Source of the DNA: the human T2T-CHM13v2.0 reference genome, Homo sapiens
Strand: one strand, 5' to 3'
Assembly: GCF_009914755.1 (NCBI RefSeq)
Contig: NC_060927.1
DNA length: 64,000 bases
Shown: positions 16,578 to 32,211 of the stretch, in pieces
How positions within the stretch are numbered: the first letter of the stretch is position 1
Layout of the letters: every line of letters starts with the position of its first letter
Notes under the pieces: generated by a model
Seen by the model: only the letters and a program-made list of their open reading frames with translations
Told to the model about the DNA's origin: nothing
Database searches by the model: none
Made by a program: the position numbers and the translations under genes

Positions 16578-17058
16578 CCCTGTGTTTTCTTCTAAGAGGT
16601 TTATACTTATAGGTCTTGCGGTCTTTGAAGCATTTTGAGTTAATTTTTGTATGTGGTATAAGATAAGGTTCCAATTTCTTTCCTTTGCATGTGGATAGCT
16701 AATTGTCCCAGTACCATTTATTTAAGAGGCATTCTTTCCCCATTGAATGGTCATGGCACCCTTGTCAAAAATCAATTGACTGTAGAACTATAGATGTATG
16801 GGTTTATTTTTGGACTGTCAATTCTAAGCCATTAACACGTATGTCTGTCTTTATGACTGTACCACACTGTTTTGGTTATTGTAGTTTTGTAGCAAGTTTT
16901 GAAATAAGGTAGTGTGAGTCCTCCCACTTTTTTTTTTTTCAAGACTATTTTGGTTGCTTGGAATCTCTTACAATTTAGTGTAAATTTTCAAGTCAGGTTT
17001 TCCATTTCCACAAAAAAAAGGCAATAAGATTTTGATAGGCATTGCATTGATTCTGTAG

Positions 17059-17457
<399 letters not shown>

Positions 17458-19342
17458 TAAACAAGAACAAAAAAGCAATGAACAAAAGGAAATTATGCCA
17501 TTTGCAACAGCATCAAAAAGATTAAAATACTTAGGAATAAATAACAAAGAGGTACAGAACTTGTACACTGAAAACTACAAAACATTGCCAAATTAAATTA
17601 AAGAAGACCTAAATAAATGGAAAGACATCTTGTGTTCATGGGGACAACTCTTTTGTGTGTGTTGATCTTGTATCTGTAACTTTTCTAAATTTATTTGTTT
17701 GCTGTAGATTTTTTTGTGTGGACTCTTTAGAATTTTCTATATATAAAATCATGTCATCTGCCAACAGAGGTAATTTTACTTCTTCCTTTCCAATTTTGAG
17801 GCTTTTTATTATTTTGTTGTTGTTGCTATTTGCTGTGGCCAGAACTTTCAATACAATTTTGAGTAGAAGTGGTGAAAGCAGGCCTCCTTGTCTTGTTCTT
17901 TATATTAGAGGAAAAGTTTTCATTCTTTCACCATTTATTATGATGTTAGTTGTGAGTTTTTTCATATATGGCTCTTAATATGTTGTGGGAGTTCCCTTCT
18001 ATTCCGAATTTGTTGAGTGTTTTTTAATCATGAAAGGGTATTGAATTTTGTCAAATGCTTTTTCTTTATCAGTTAAGGTGATCATGATTCCCCCCAACCC
18101 CCGCCATTCTATTACTATGGTACATTACATTGATTTTTGTGTGTTGAACCATACTTGCATTCCTGGGATAAACCACACCTGGTCATGGTGTCTAATCCTT
18201 TTGATAGGCTGCTGCTGAATTTGGTTTGCTGGCATTTTGTTAAGATATTTTATGTTTATAGTCATAAGGGATATGGGAAGTTTTCTTTTTATGTATTTGT
18301 CTGGCTTTGGTATCAAGATAACCCTGGCCTCATAGAATGAGTTAGGAAGTGTTCAGGTCTGCTCTTCTATTTTTTTGGAAGAGCTTGAGGAGGATTGGTA
18401 TTAATTCTTTAAATGTCTGGTAGAATTCACCAGTGAAGCCATCTGGTCCTAGGCTTTTCTTTGTTGGGTGATTTTTCATTAATGATTTAATCTCCTTACT
18501 TGCTATATACTTCTATTTAGGTTTTTTATTTCTTTTTGAGTCACTTCTGGTAGTTAATATGTTTCTAGGAATTTGTCCATCTACGTTATCTGACTTTATG
18601 GTGTACAGCTATTCATATTATTGTATCATTGTCTTAGGATTTTTTTTTTTATTTCTGTAAGGTCCCATTTTCATTTCTGATTTTAGGAATTTGAGTCTTT
18701 CTTTTTTTTAATCAGTCTACTAGAAGTTTGTGCTTTCTTGATTTATCAAAGATGCAACTTTTGGTTTTGTTGGTTCTATTTTTCTATTCTCAATTCTGTT
18801 TTTCTCCACTCTGATTCTTTATTGTTTTCTTCCATCTGCTAGCTTTGCTTTAGTTTGCCCTTCTTTTTCTAGTTCCTTAAGGTAGAAAATTGGGTTATTG
18901 ATTTGAGATCTTTCTTTTCATTTAATGTTGGTATTTACAGCTATAAATTTCTTTCTGAGTGTTGCTTTGCCTTTCTTCCATAAGTTTTGACATGTTGTGT
19001 TTTGTTTTCATTCATTTCAAAGTATTTTATAATTTCCCTTGTGATTTCTTTATCCACCTGTTGTTTGTGTGTTGTTAATTTTCATGTATTTGTGAATTTT
19101 CCCTATTTTCTTTTGTTAGTGATTTCTAGTTTCATTCCATTGTGACCAAAGGAGATACTTTCTATGGTTTAATCTTTTAAAATTTATTAAGACCTGTTTT
19201 GTGGCCTAACATATTGTCTGTACTGGAGAATGATCCATGTGAATGTGAGAAGAATGTGTGTTCTGCTGTTGTTGGGTGGGATTCTGTATGTTTCTGTTAG
19301 TTCTAGTTGGTTTGCAGTGTTGTTCAAGTCCTCTATTTCTTT

Positions 19343-19652
19343 CTTTCTTTTTCTTTTTTTTTTTTTGAGGTGGAATCTCACTGTGTCACCCAGACTGGGG
19401 TGCAGTGGCGCAATCTTGGCTGGCTGCAACCTCTGCCTCCCGAGTTCAAGTGATTCTCCTGCCTCAGCCTCCTGAGTAGCTGGGATTACAGGTGTGCACC
19501 ACCATGCCTGGCTAAACTTTTTTGTATTTTTAGTGGAGATGGGGTTTCACCATGTTGGCCAGGCTGGTCTCAAAACTCCTGAACTCAGGTGATCCGTCCG
19601 CCTTGGCCTCCCAAAGTGCTGGGATTGCAGGCGTGAGCTACTGCAAGCGGCC
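19343..19652 (-). mobile_element. AluS
   Basis: TSD aagtcctctatttcttt at 19326-19342 and 19654-19670. Confidence 0.95.
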
Positions 19653-20082
19653 TAAGTCCTCTATTTCTTTATTGATCTTCTGTCTAGTTGTTCTATCCAT
19701 TATTGAACATGAGGTAGTGAAGTCTCCAACTATTTTTGTAGAACTATTTCTTCCTTTAATTCTGTCAGTTTTTAAATTTATATATATTGAGGCTCTGTTA
19801 TTAGGTGTGTATATCTCTATAATTGTTACATATTCTTAAGGCATTCACCCTTTTCTCAATATGTAATGTCCTTCTTTGTCACTTGTAAAAATGTTTAACT
19901 TAACATCTATTTTGCATGGTTTTAGTATATTCACCCCTACTGTCTTTTGGTTACAATTTGCATAGAATATCTTTTTCTATCATTTCACTTTCAACCAAGT
20001 TGTGTCTTTGGATCTAAAGTGAGTCTCTTAGACACGGCATATGGTTGAATTGTTTTGGTTTTTAAAAATTTATCCTGCCAGC

Positions 20083-20211
20083 TTTTTTTTTTTTTTTTTT
20101 TTTTTTTTTGAGACTGAGTCTCGCTCTATTGCCCAGGCTGGAGTGCAGTGGTGCAATCTTGGCTCGTTGCAACCTCCACCTCCTGGGCTCAAGCAATTCT
20201 CATGCCTCAGC
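20083..20211 (-). mobile_element. 5'-truncated Alu (right-arm 3' part)
   Basis: Poly-T tail plus about 100 nt of right arm. Confidence 0.85.
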
Positions 20212-20443
20212 TCTGGCCTTTTTGATTAGAGAGTTTAATCTATTTCTGTTTAAATTGCTGATACAGAAGGACTTAATTCTTTAGTTTTTCTATTTGTTTT
20301 CTATATGTCGTATACCATCTTTGTTTCTCAGTTCCTTCATTACTTCCACTTTTTGTGTCTGACTTTTTGTAGCATGCCATTTTGATTTACTTCTCATTTC
20401 CTTTTCTCCATATTTTTAAGTTATTTCCCTAGGGTTGTCTTGG

Positions 20444-20915
20444 TATAATGGGTTAAATGGTGTCTCTCAAAATTTGTAACCACATGGAACCTCAGAATAT
20501 TACCACATTTGGAAATAGGGGCTCTGAAGATGTAATTTTTAAGATGCAGTCATATTCTTGGGGTGGGCCCTACTGCAATGACTGGTGTCCTTATAAGAAG
20601 AGAAAACAGACACACACACGCACACACACGCACGCGCACACACACACACACACACACAGAAGAAAGCTATGTGGTGACTGAGGCAGAGATTGAAATGATG
20701 CATGTACAATCCAAAGAATACCAAAGATTTCTGGCAACCACCAGAAACTACAAGGGGCAAGGAAGGATTCTTCCCCAGAGCCTTCCAAAGCATAACCCTG
20801 TTGACACCTTGATCTTGGACGTTCAGCCTCTGGAACTGTAAGATTATAAATTTATGTTGCTTTTAGCCATCCAGTTTATCGTACTTTGTTATGATAGCCC
20901 TAGGAAACTAATTTA
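20444..20915 (+). mobile_element. MLT1 (MLT1C-like) solo LTR with internal (CA)n
   Basis: atttggaaatagggg, gactggtgtccttataagaagag, gacaccttgatcttggac and gccctaggaaactaat motifs; CA repeat at about 20610-20657. Confidence 0.85.
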
Positions 20916-22093
20916 CCTGTGTATTACAGTTAACACACTAGTTTGAATTAATAACTTAGCCACAATAATATATAAAACTCTGCTCCTATATAGCTGTATC
21001 CCTCCCCCTTTATGTTGTTATCAGAGAATAATGTTTTATAGATACATTGTGTGCCCATTAACATAGGTTTACAATTACTGTTTTATGCATTTATCTTTCA
21101 AATCATATAGGAAAAAAAGAAAAATTATATGCTGAAAATACAATACTGGATTTTATATTTACTTATATAGTTAACTTTACCAGTGTTCTTTTTTCTTTGT
21201 ATGAATTTGAGTCACTGTCTAGTGTCCTTTCATTTCAGCCTGAAGGATTCCCTTCAGCATTTTTTTGCAGGGCAGGTCTACTAGTGATTAACTTCCTCAA
21301 TATTTGTTTATCTGGGAATATTTTAATTTCTTCATTTTTGAAGAATAATTTTGCTTGATATAGAATTGTTGGTCAAAGTTTTATTTTTTTCCTTCGAGGT
21401 CTTTAGATATTTCATATTGCTGCCTTCTTAACCCCATGGTTTCTGATGAGAAATCAGCCATTAATCTTATTGAAGTTCTCTTATATAAGATTAATCTCTT
21501 TTTTCTTGCTGCTTTCAAGATTCCCTCTTTGTATCTGTCTTTTGACAGTTGAATTATAATGTGTCTCAATGAGAATATCTTTGAATTTATCCTACTTGGA
21601 GTTTGCTAAGCTTCTTGAACATGTATATTATTGTCTTTCATCAAATTTGGGGAGTTTTCAGCCATTATTTCTTTAGATATTCCTTCTACCCTAATTTCTC
21701 TTGTCTCTCCTTCTGGGACTCCTATTATTCATATGTTGGTATGCTTGATGGCCTCCCACAGGTCCCTGAGAATCTTCATTTTTCTTCATTTCCTTTTCTT
21801 TCTGCTTTCATTCTGAAATGCTTCTGTGTCTGGAGTACTGCTTGTGAAATTCCTGCACACAGGACAGTAGCTGCCCACACCATGTCCTCCTTAGTCAGGA
21901 CCAGGGCTTCTTGGGGCCTCTTTACTAGAAAATGAACAAGGCGACATTACCTGTACTCCTTGATTGGTCAGAAGTGGGAGCAGCCTGATAGCATTAGAAA
22001 TATTGCTGGCCTCAGAGATCAAATCCTGGCTCTAGCCACTTCCTTGTGATGTGACATGGGGCAGATAATTTTCTGCACTTTGGATTCCTCATC

Positions 22094-22190
22094 TAGGGTG
22101 ACCAACTCATCCTGGTTTGCCTGGGACTTTTTAGGTCTTATACTGAAAGTTCCATGTCTCAGGAAACCCATTAGACCCAGGGGGACCCTA
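22094..22190. mobile_element. MER81-like hAT-Blackjack MITE inserted in a MIR (about 21990-22290)
   Basis: tagggtgacc...ggacccta termini; flanks (c/a)ctcatct duplicated. Confidence 0.7.
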
Positions 22191-22425
22191 CTCATCTGTG
22201 AGAGGAAGATAATACTACCTACCACAAGGTGGTTGTGAGAAAATAGAAGATACAGAAAAGCAGCTAGGTCATCGTTGGGTTCCATAATCATATAATTGTT
22301 ACTTATGCAAAATGCAAGGAGGGTGTTTGAAGATGGAGAATGATGCACCAAATAGCTAACACTTTGACATGTGGACTTGCTTCAATGGGACAACTGAGAG
22401 CAGAACCAGGGGAGTTTTCTGTTAG

Positions 22426-22602
<177 letters not shown>

Positions 22603-23029
22603 TAAGTGGACTGGGAGAGTACTAGTCACACGGAAGTACCTCTGAGGGTGATGGAGGGAGGACTGAGGTGGTGACTACGAGTCCCTGGTTAAAGAAGAAG
22701 CCAGGCGGTGTCCAGAGATCTAGTAAGGCAGTGAGGCAGGGCTGAGGCTGTTTCTGCAGGGACATAGGAACTTTAAGGCTCAGCCCTTCCTTGCTGTATC
22801 TATGTCACAGCCAATAAGAAGGACACCTTCCCAAGTCCTACTCCACTTGGTACCCCACAGCACTAAGATCTTGATTGTTAGTTATATTAATGGAAGAATT
22901 ATTTAGTGGAAAAAATATGTTTTATACCAGGAGTAGGTGAAGGAGAGGCATGAACACACTACTTCTATGGCATCTTTTAAGAAAAGTGCATATTCTTGCC
23001 ATCCAAAGGTTGATATTGTCTGGCTTTTC

Positions 23030-23347
23030 TTTTTTGTTTTGTTTTTGTTTTTGTTTTGAGACTGGGTCTTGCTCTCACTCTGTCACTCAGGTTGAAGTGC
23101 AGTGGCATGATTATAGCTCACTGCAGCCTCGAACTCCTGGGCTCAAGTGATCCTTTCACCTCAGCCTCCTGGGTTAGCTGGGACTACAGACATGTGCCAC
23201 AATGCCCAGATAATTTTTTAAATTTTTTTGTAGAGACAGGGTCTCACTGTGTTGACCAGGATGATCTCAAACTCCTGGCCTCAAACAATCCTCCTGCCTC
23301 AGCCCCTCAAAGTGCTGGGATTACAGGCATAAGCCACCATGTCTGGA
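23030..23347 (-). mobile_element. AluJ
   Basis: atagctcactgcagcctcgaactcctgggctcaag diagnostics. Confidence 0.9.
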
Positions 23348-23665
23348 TTTGCCTGGCTTTGCCTGGCTTTTCATAAGGAACTGTTCTTGGAAGAAATGAC
23401 TTACTCTTATGTTATAGGTATTCCAGTTCCCATCTTGGTGCCTATTATACACTCAGGCTACTAGGCAACAGAGCACAAATCCCATTTCTTCCCCTTCTGG
23501 GTTTGGCCTGAGCCTTCATCATCTCTCTCAGAATAGGCTCCTCCGGTAGCATCAGCAGGTGTTAAGGGGCCTCAGACCATAGCAAGTGGGGAAAGTAAGG
23601 TTGACTGCAGGACTCCACCACTCCTCCAGCCTGGGACTGAGTCTTACAGACCTGTCTGCCCATAG

Positions 23666-24037
<372 letters not shown>

Positions 24038-24465
24038 TGAAGGGAACTTTTCACCAGCCTAAACTATTGGCTGCTTTACAGACATTTCTTGGTAATATCC
24101 TTCCTGTGTAATTTTTATTATTAATATTATTCTGTTTTTACTGTTAAAATGTGTTTTATGAAGTCACAGTTATAGTAGTTGATAGCTTTATTTTTAATGC
24201 CTATGTGTGGCAATAATAAAAATTAGCAATTCTATATTGGTCTCCTCCGTTTTTGTTTTTATAACTTTATTATCTATAAAATAAAACAATCTAGAAGTCA
24301 AAAGTGACTGATAGATAGAAACTCTTTTTTCATTCATTTGGCTGTTCAGATAATTATTTACCAAAGATTTATTAAATAACAAATAATAAAGAGGGCTGAA
24401 TTATTAATAATAAATTAATAAACTTATTAATAAAGCAACTAACTGTGCTTGTCACTTATCTGTGG

Positions 24466-24661
24466 CAGAGTTCCTCATCATTGACACTACTGACATTTTG
24501 GGATGGATACTTCTTTGGTATAACTGTGCATTGTAAGATGTTTAGCATCCCACTAGATTCCAGTAGTATCCCCTACTCCAGTTGTGACAACCAAAAATAT
24601 CTTCAGGTATCACCAAATGTAGCCTCTGGGGGGCAAAATTGCCCCCAGTTGAGAATCACCA
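24466..24661 (-). mobile_element. MER20
   Basis: ggggggcaaaattgcccccagttgagaatcac end; acactactgacattttggg start. Confidence 0.8.
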
Positions 24662-25204
24662 ATCAGAGATTGGAAGGAGAAACAAAGCCCATCAAGGAAC
24701 TCAAAAGTCTAAGGGACTAATAAGAACACAGGGTAGACACAGATTCAAGAACTGTGAGAGAGGGGCAAGTGTTGGGATTCAGAGAAAGATCACAGAACAT
24801 AGCATCCACTCAAGCTGGCCTGAGATGAAGAGCCCCACAGTGAGGGTTGTGGACACAAGCACTTGGAATGCATGGGAGGGCTCCAGCACCCTACCCTTAG
24901 TCTCCTGTTTCTTGTCCTCTTGGTTCATCCTCTACACTGGCCACTGACTCTCCTCCTTATGCTCTGATTCCTCAGACCACACCTCTGCTCAGGAATATTC
25001 ACTCCCTTGAACATGTCTCACCTTTCCTACTCCCTTGGCCTGAAATGCACCCCCTCCTCTCTTTGCCAGTGCAAATGTCCTCCCAAATTCCTTCAAAGCC
25101 CTGCCCAGACTCCCCTCCTTTGTGGCATCCCATCCCACACCCATTTCTATCTTCCCACAGTGCACACAGTTTGGATTAGTCATTTGGTAATTAATGTCAG
25201 GAAG

Positions 25205-25378
25205 AGGTTCTCATCTCTGGCTGCGTATCAGAGTCACCTCTGGGACTTTTTATAAAATAAAGATCCCAGGCACAGCCCCAGAGCAACCCTGACTCAGTTG
25301 GTATGTTAGGAGTTTTGGATTTCTGTGGTTTTCACAAACATTTCTGAGGCTTGGCCAGGTCTGAGAGCCCCAGTCTAG
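25205..25378. mobile_element. MER5-like hAT-Charlie MITE
   Basis: ggttctca..ctggctgc..atcagagtcacct..gg pattern. Confidence 0.6.
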
Positions 25379-26069
25379 GGGTGTGTTGTGTTGTTTTCTT
25401 AATGTTTACCTTTTCATAGTTGTATGAAAAGTGTATAATCCAAGATTAGAAATCAGTTGAAGGCAGGCATCATAAGTTGTGTGTTAGTGTGTCCAAGCGG
25501 AGAACTGGGATAAGAACCTGAGGAGCTAAGTACTAGTGCCAACTTTGCCAGACTTTGGCTGTGCAACTTTGCGAAAACCTTTCAGCTTCTCTGAGTCTCA
25601 GCTGTCTCATCTATACAAAGTGGGTCACCAGAACTGCCCTCCGGCCTCATGGTACTTTCATGAGAAGAAATGACATAGCGGAGGGAAAAGTGCTTTGACA
25701 TCAGTAAAGTGTTTTAGCAATGTATTTTAGTTGACTGTTATATATTTCCTGGAGCTGCATGCAGAAGAGCACAACAGAGGCATGTGAAGTCAGGAGTGGC
25801 CTGGAAAACAAGGTGGCCCTGGGGTTGTAGCATGGGGGTGAGTGTGTGTGATTCACATAGAGAGGAGGAGGAGGCAAAAATCTTCTGGGTAGTGGGAGCC
25901 GAGTCTGCAAAGGTTGAAGCTGGGACTAAATGTGGCATTTTTAAGAGGTCACAAGTGCTTCTTGTAAAAGACAGGTGGAGCAAGAGGTATGTATGGTGTC
26001 AGGTGGAGGTGGGAGGCACTGGATGTCAGGCTGGGGAGTTTGCATGCTGTCTTGGAGGCTGCAGGGGCC

Positions 26070-27660
26070 AATTTGTTTTTGCCCAGATGTTTACTATTTC
26101 CAGTGTTCTTCATTACTCTCTGAAGATCCAAGTTTCCCTCTGGTACCATTTCTCTTCAGCCTGAAGAACTTCTTTTGGCTTTCTTGAAGTGCATATCTTC
26201 TGGCAATGTATTCTTCTGGCAATGTTTTTTTTCCATGATTAAAAAAAAATCTCTTTATTAAAGGATATTTTTGCTGGATATGATTCTGGGATGATTTTTA
26301 TTTTCTTTCAGCATTTTAAAGATGTTGTTCTGTGTCTGTCTTCTATAGTTTATAAGAAGTCTGTAGTTATTCAAGTCACTGTTTATTTTCTTTACCTGCT
26401 TGCAAGATTTTCTCTTTTCTTTGGTTTTCTAAGTTTAACTGATACATCTAGGTGTGGTTGTCTTCATATTTATTCCATTTACTGAGTTTCTTGAGTCTGT
26501 AAATTCATTTAAATTTGTTTCACCAAATTTGGGGAATCTTCTAAATCTTCTTTGGAAAATAAAAACCTGCTCCAATCTTTCCCCTTTTCTTCTGAGACTC
26601 CAATTATGTCTATTTTAGACCTTTTGATATTGTCCCAAGGGTTCCTAAAGCTCTCTTATGTTGTTGTTATTCACATTATTTTTCTCTTTACTTTTGAGAT
26701 TGGATGATTTCTCTTGATCTGTCTTCAAGTTCAGTGACTTTATTCTGTCATCTCCATTCTACTATTATGATAATAATATAATAATTTAAAATTTCAGATT
26801 TACATATTTTCAGCTCTAGAATTTCCACTTAGTTACTTTTATATTTTTTATTTCTCTGCTGAGATTCCATATTTTATAATTTCTTACAAGTACATTTTCC
26901 CTTACCTCATCTAGTGTAGTTAAATTAGTGTTTTAATGTCCTTGTCTGAAAATTTCAATGTCTGGGTCTTATCAGACTGAGTTGGCCTCTGTTGATTATC
27001 TGTTGCTTTGAAAACAGCTCACACTTCACTGGTTCTTCACATATTGAATAATTTTGGACTGTAGGTGGACATTGTGAATGTTATTTGGTGGAGTGTCTGA
27101 ATTCTGGTGTATTTCTCTGAAGAGTGTTGATATTCTTGTTTTAACAGGCAATGAACTTGGTTAGACTGAAACCACAAACTTTGTTTCACCTGCAGAAGCT
27201 CACGTCTCAGTTCAGTTTTTATGTTTGTTTGTTTCTTCAACCGTAAGATGTCTTGAGTCTTCCCTGCTCAAGGATGGTTCAAGGATCAGCCAGAGACAGG
27301 GACAGTTTATATACAGAATTCTGGCCTCTCCTTCTCTGGTGCTATCCTTTCTGGAATTCTTTCTACACTTTCCTGTGACTGTGGTTGCTCCAGGTTCCGT
27401 CCTCTGGGTTCTGCAGGCCAGAAAGATGGTGGAGTTTGGCCATGACTGTGGCCTGCCTTCAGGCTAAAGCCGTAAACCTTATCCCATGCTGCTCCTTTCT
27501 TTTGAATTTTGACTCCTCTTCAAAGTCTGCCTGCATTTGTTCACTCTTCATAGCCTTTGGGTCATTGTTTTTTTTTTTTTTTTAATTTTTTCAAGCTTAT
27601 AGTTATCTATGAGGAAGGCAGCCTGTCAGGCACTGACTCAGCTATACTGGAAGTAGAACC
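26070..27660 (-). mobile_element. Ancient L1M(E) 5'/ORF1 fragment inside L2/MIR remnants
   Basis: ORF1-type motifs (caccaaatttgggg, ctgtcttcaagttcag); T-rich + strand. Confidence 0.65.
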
Positions 27661-28438
27661 AGCTGGTTGATTTTTAAGCTGAGGGCTGAAATGCTCAGTC
27701 TAGCATTTTTGGTTGACTGGAGAGAGACCAGTGGGTGGGCTAGTGGAGAGACTAGTTGGGGAGTTACTAGCCAGACCCAAAAGCATTAAAAATAGCGGCA
27801 ATATTTTTTAAAGGGGTCATTTCAATAAAAGAACTCAATGGTGCACAGGCATGGCCTGTAAGGGATAGATGAAAGGAAGAGGGAATTGTAGATGACTCCA
27901 TGACGGATTATGTGTCTGGGAGGAAACAGAGAAGTTTCTGAGAGGATCAGTGACCAAAATGATTTTAGACATGTTTATTTGGTTCAGTGGCCATATCTCT
28001 CTGGGCTACTGTGACATGGACCCTGACCTAGGGTGAGAGACTGGGGATAATGGATATAATGGGCTGGCTAATGAACTCTCAAGAAGACAAGTCTGTGGTT
28101 TATAGAGCTGCCATACTTGGGAGTTTGGGGGAGAGAAAGAAAAACCATCCAGGGAGCAAGGATAATAAATGAAAGCTGTACTATGCTAAGCTATGAAATC
28201 TGCTGAAATTGACTAACCATCCTATGAGAAAATTTCATGGGATAAAACTTTTTACTTTTACCTTACTTTTTACTATTATTGTCCCCAGGCTCAGAGAGGC
28301 TAACCAATTTGTCTAAAATTGCCCAACTGGTAAATGGCAATGCTGGGATTTGACCCTTGCTCAACTGCAGAGCTTGAGCTCCCAACCGTGGCTCTATACT
28401 ACATCTCTCTAGAAGGAGGACAAGAGAGAGGAGGGTTT

Positions 28439-28774
<336 letters not shown>

Positions 28775-28980
28775 AGAGGGTTTCTTTTAAGTGAGAGTGA
28801 TCAAGTTCAAAGATGTCAAAAGACTTGGCAAGTCATAGTTCAGTGCTTTCAGGGTGCTGGAGGGAACTAGTCTCCAGACTGCAGGGTGTGAGGAAGAAAC
28901 TCAAAAGGAAGTTAAGCGTAGACCCCTGGGCAAGCAACTGGAATAGTAGAAAGAAATGGAAGGAGCAAAGCAGAGAGTGG

Positions 28981-29017
<37 letters not shown>
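28981..29017 (+). repeat. (TTG)12 microsatellite
   Basis: Read directly. Confidence 0.95.
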
Positions 29018-29019
<2 letters not shown>

Positions 29020-30065
29020 TTGGTTCAGAGGCATCCTGGGGGTATTTGTAGATAAGGGGATATTGTAGGTCAAGGACATTGAAGACTGAGAGAAGCACAG
29101 CAGTGTAGGGCTGCACACTCTGAGGCTCTCCAGGAGGGTCCCTGCGTATAAATTGTGCTCTGCACATGCAAATTGTTCAACAGCCTTAAATGTGAATTGC
29201 TCTACCTTGTCTTGACAATATCTGCTCATGCTGGGCATAGGCCTTAATGGCTTACAAAGCCACTTCCACATTTTTATCTCATTTGATCCTAATAATAGCC
29301 GTTCAATGATTTCATGTGGAAGAAGTTGAGATTCAGCGAAGCTAACTGGCTTGTTATCAGGAGGCAGAACTGGGACTCACCCGTAGACCACAGAGCTCTC
29401 AGTAAGGCGTGAGTTGTTATAAGGGCAACTCACTCTCCCCAAGCTCCAATCTAGTACTGCTTAAAGGAAATCCCACTCTTTTGGAAGTGATGATAAAGAG
29501 TAGCTGCCCCTTTTCCACCCATCTTTGGCTCCTCCTCAGGGGAAGAATAATGACATATTTGTGGAAGGGGCTGAGTATGTGTGGCCCAGGCCCTTCTGGG
29601 TCCTCTTTGACCTCTTCCCACCCATCTGCAGAGGGCTTTCCGGCGCTTCCTGCCAAGTGGTCACCTTCCTACCACTGTAGGACAAGAGTCATAGTCAGAC
29701 CTTGTGCCTGAGTGGACACATCTGTCTGATTCAGGGATAAAGGGTTACCCTCTGATCCAAGCTGCATTCCCAATTCATCTTTACCAGAACTGAAGCTGAT
29801 TCATCTGCCAGACACCTGTGACTCTTTCACAGTGGGTTTCATGCTTGAGTTGGAAAGGGAAGGAGTAGGAATAAGGAAGCATCATTTACTTTTTCAGTGG
29901 GCCCCCAGGGAAACCTGGAATTTTTCTGTCTTCTCCATGAAGCGGAATTCTAACATAAGAACTGGAAAGCTCTTACAAATCTTCTGCCCCAAGCCAACAG
30001 GGGCTTTGTGCTTCGTGGTGGGTCAGGAAGGGGTGGCTGGGGCCGTTGAAGCAGGGATTCTCTGA

Positions 30066-30248
<183 letters not shown>

Positions 30249-30399
30249 TGACCCCTGGGCATCTCAACGTGGGTTGCTGTTTCATATCTCAGGGCCTTTG
30301 CTCTTACTCCCCACCACCCTTCCATGCAAGGCCCTGCCTTTTCCTCTGCCATTATTCACCACCTACTCTTAGTACCACCTTCCTGTGAAACTTCTTATA

Positions 30400-30955
30400 T
30401 CAATTAAGGGTCTTCCAGTTGTAAGTGACAGAATCCAGTGTGGACTAGCTTAAGCATGAAAAAAGAATATAGTGGCTCAATAAACTGAGAAGTCTGTCAA
30501 TATGCAGTTTCAGGCATGGCTGGATCCAGGCCCTGAAATGATTCCACCAGATCTTCGCATCTCTTGGCTCTGCTTTCCTCTTTGTTGGCTTCATTCTCAA
30601 GGAGTTTCTCTCCTGTTGATGACAAGATGACCATGAACATCTCTGGGCTATTATTATACCAGCTTTAGTGCCCCTGGAAGAAGGAGGGCTTCTGTTTCCT
30701 AAACACTCCAGTAGAAATGCCAACATCAACACTCATTGGCTCTATTAACTGCCCATGCGTGAAACATTCCCTGTGGCCAGGAGTATGTATTGCTCCCATT
30801 GACTAGGCTTGAGGCTCATGTCCATCCTGGGGGCCAATGTGTCAGATTACTCTCAAATGAACCACCTGGGCAAAGGATAAAGCAGAAGAGTTTCCCTAAA
30901 GGAAAATCAAGGTGCTGTTACCAGGAGAAGAAATGATGCTGAGTAGAAAACTACC
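30400..30955. mobile_element. Old MLT1 (MLT1J/K-like) LTR
   Basis: gttgtaagtgacagaa..cca...ttcaggcatggctggatccagg...ggaaaatcaaggtgctgttaccag. Confidence 0.65.
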
Positions 30956-31461
30956 AGTGCATGTTGATGACCCTCTCTCTACCACCCTCTTCTCATCCCA
31001 GGTAGAGTCAGTCTCTCCCTCTGCTCAGCCCCCCTGGCCGTGACAACGTCCATTCTAGACTGCTTTCGTTTCAAGTCTATCGTCTCCACAAATTGAAAAT
31101 TCCCTGTGATTCCCTCTAATGTCTGTTGTCCCAGGGCCCAGCATGAGGACTACTTCAAATTAAATCTTTACCAAATATTTTTTGGGTGGATGAGAATACA
31201 GTGGAGACTGGGAGTCTCATTCTTTCATTCAGTGGGTCATCATGGATCCTACTGTGTATCTGGTGATGTCAAGTCAACATCAGGGAGACAGGTGGAGAGG
31301 ATTAAGAGGACACAGTCCCTACACCCTGAGTGTATATCCCAAAAGAGAACACTTGACCTCAACACAAGATGGGGTAACCAAAGCTCAGGTGGGTAGAGCA
31401 GACTATTTGAGCTCCCCACAGGGCACTCTGCCCACTAAGGGAAGGCTCCTAGAAGCAAAAG

Positions 31462-31604
31462 CAGGGTGACCACACTTCCCAGTTTGCCCAGAGCCAGTCC
31501 CAGTTTATACCAGAGCAATTATATACCTGGAGAAATTGTAAATGGCACTATGTGTCCCCCTCAAAAGTGTCCTGGTTTGGATGATAGATTATATGATCAT
31601 CCTG
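31462..31604. mobile_element. MER94-like hAT-Blackjack MITE
   Basis: agggtgacc..cccagtttgccc...tcaaaagtgtcctggtttggatgata..ttatatgatcatcct. Confidence 0.7.
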
Positions 31605-32211
31605 AGCAAGAAGCTCTTAAGCTGTGTGGGCATTTGCCACTGTATGCCACAAGCTTACAGACGCCCAAAGCTGGCAGAGCCCAGCAAGGGCAACCAACCC
31701 AACGTCCAATAAGGACATAGGGTGTGGGCATTTGTTAGGGGTCTCCTTTGTTACTCCTGGAGGAAAGCATTGCATCTGTTTTCTTTTTCCCACTACATTT
31801 TCATTCCAGCAGCATTTCACCTTCATTAATTCATTAACAAATTCAATAAACATTTATTAGCACCTGCAGCAGGCCAAGTTGGCTGCTGGAGATGTAGAAA
31901 TAAAGAAGTCTCATTCCCTCTAAACTCTGAAATTCTCTCAATCTAATGGAAGAGGCAAAAGCATGGGCACCAATGATCATCTAGCTTCACCCTTGTGGTG
32001 TGCCAGAGGGTCATGTGGAATCTGCTAGGAGAGGAAGAGAGGAAGTACCGGAGAAACACAGGTGCCTGTGAATCCGGCATGCATTGGTTACTTCAAAGAG
32101 CAAACTACCCGCAAGAGTTTGAGTCCACCTGGGCTGAGATAAATGATCTTGCTTATTGATCCATCTACCCTGTCAATCTGGTTCCACATTCTCACTCTAA
32201 AAGGCCATTGG

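Noticed and set aside
24095-24103. ATATCCTTC, resembling an AT-AC U12 donor
   Set aside because: No plausible exon or matching branch/AC pair, and exon D uses a normal U2 donor; likely chance
28813-29271. ORFs with poly-Q, poly-L and poly-T runs
   Set aside because: Translations of one (TTG)12 microsatellite; no splice or coding context
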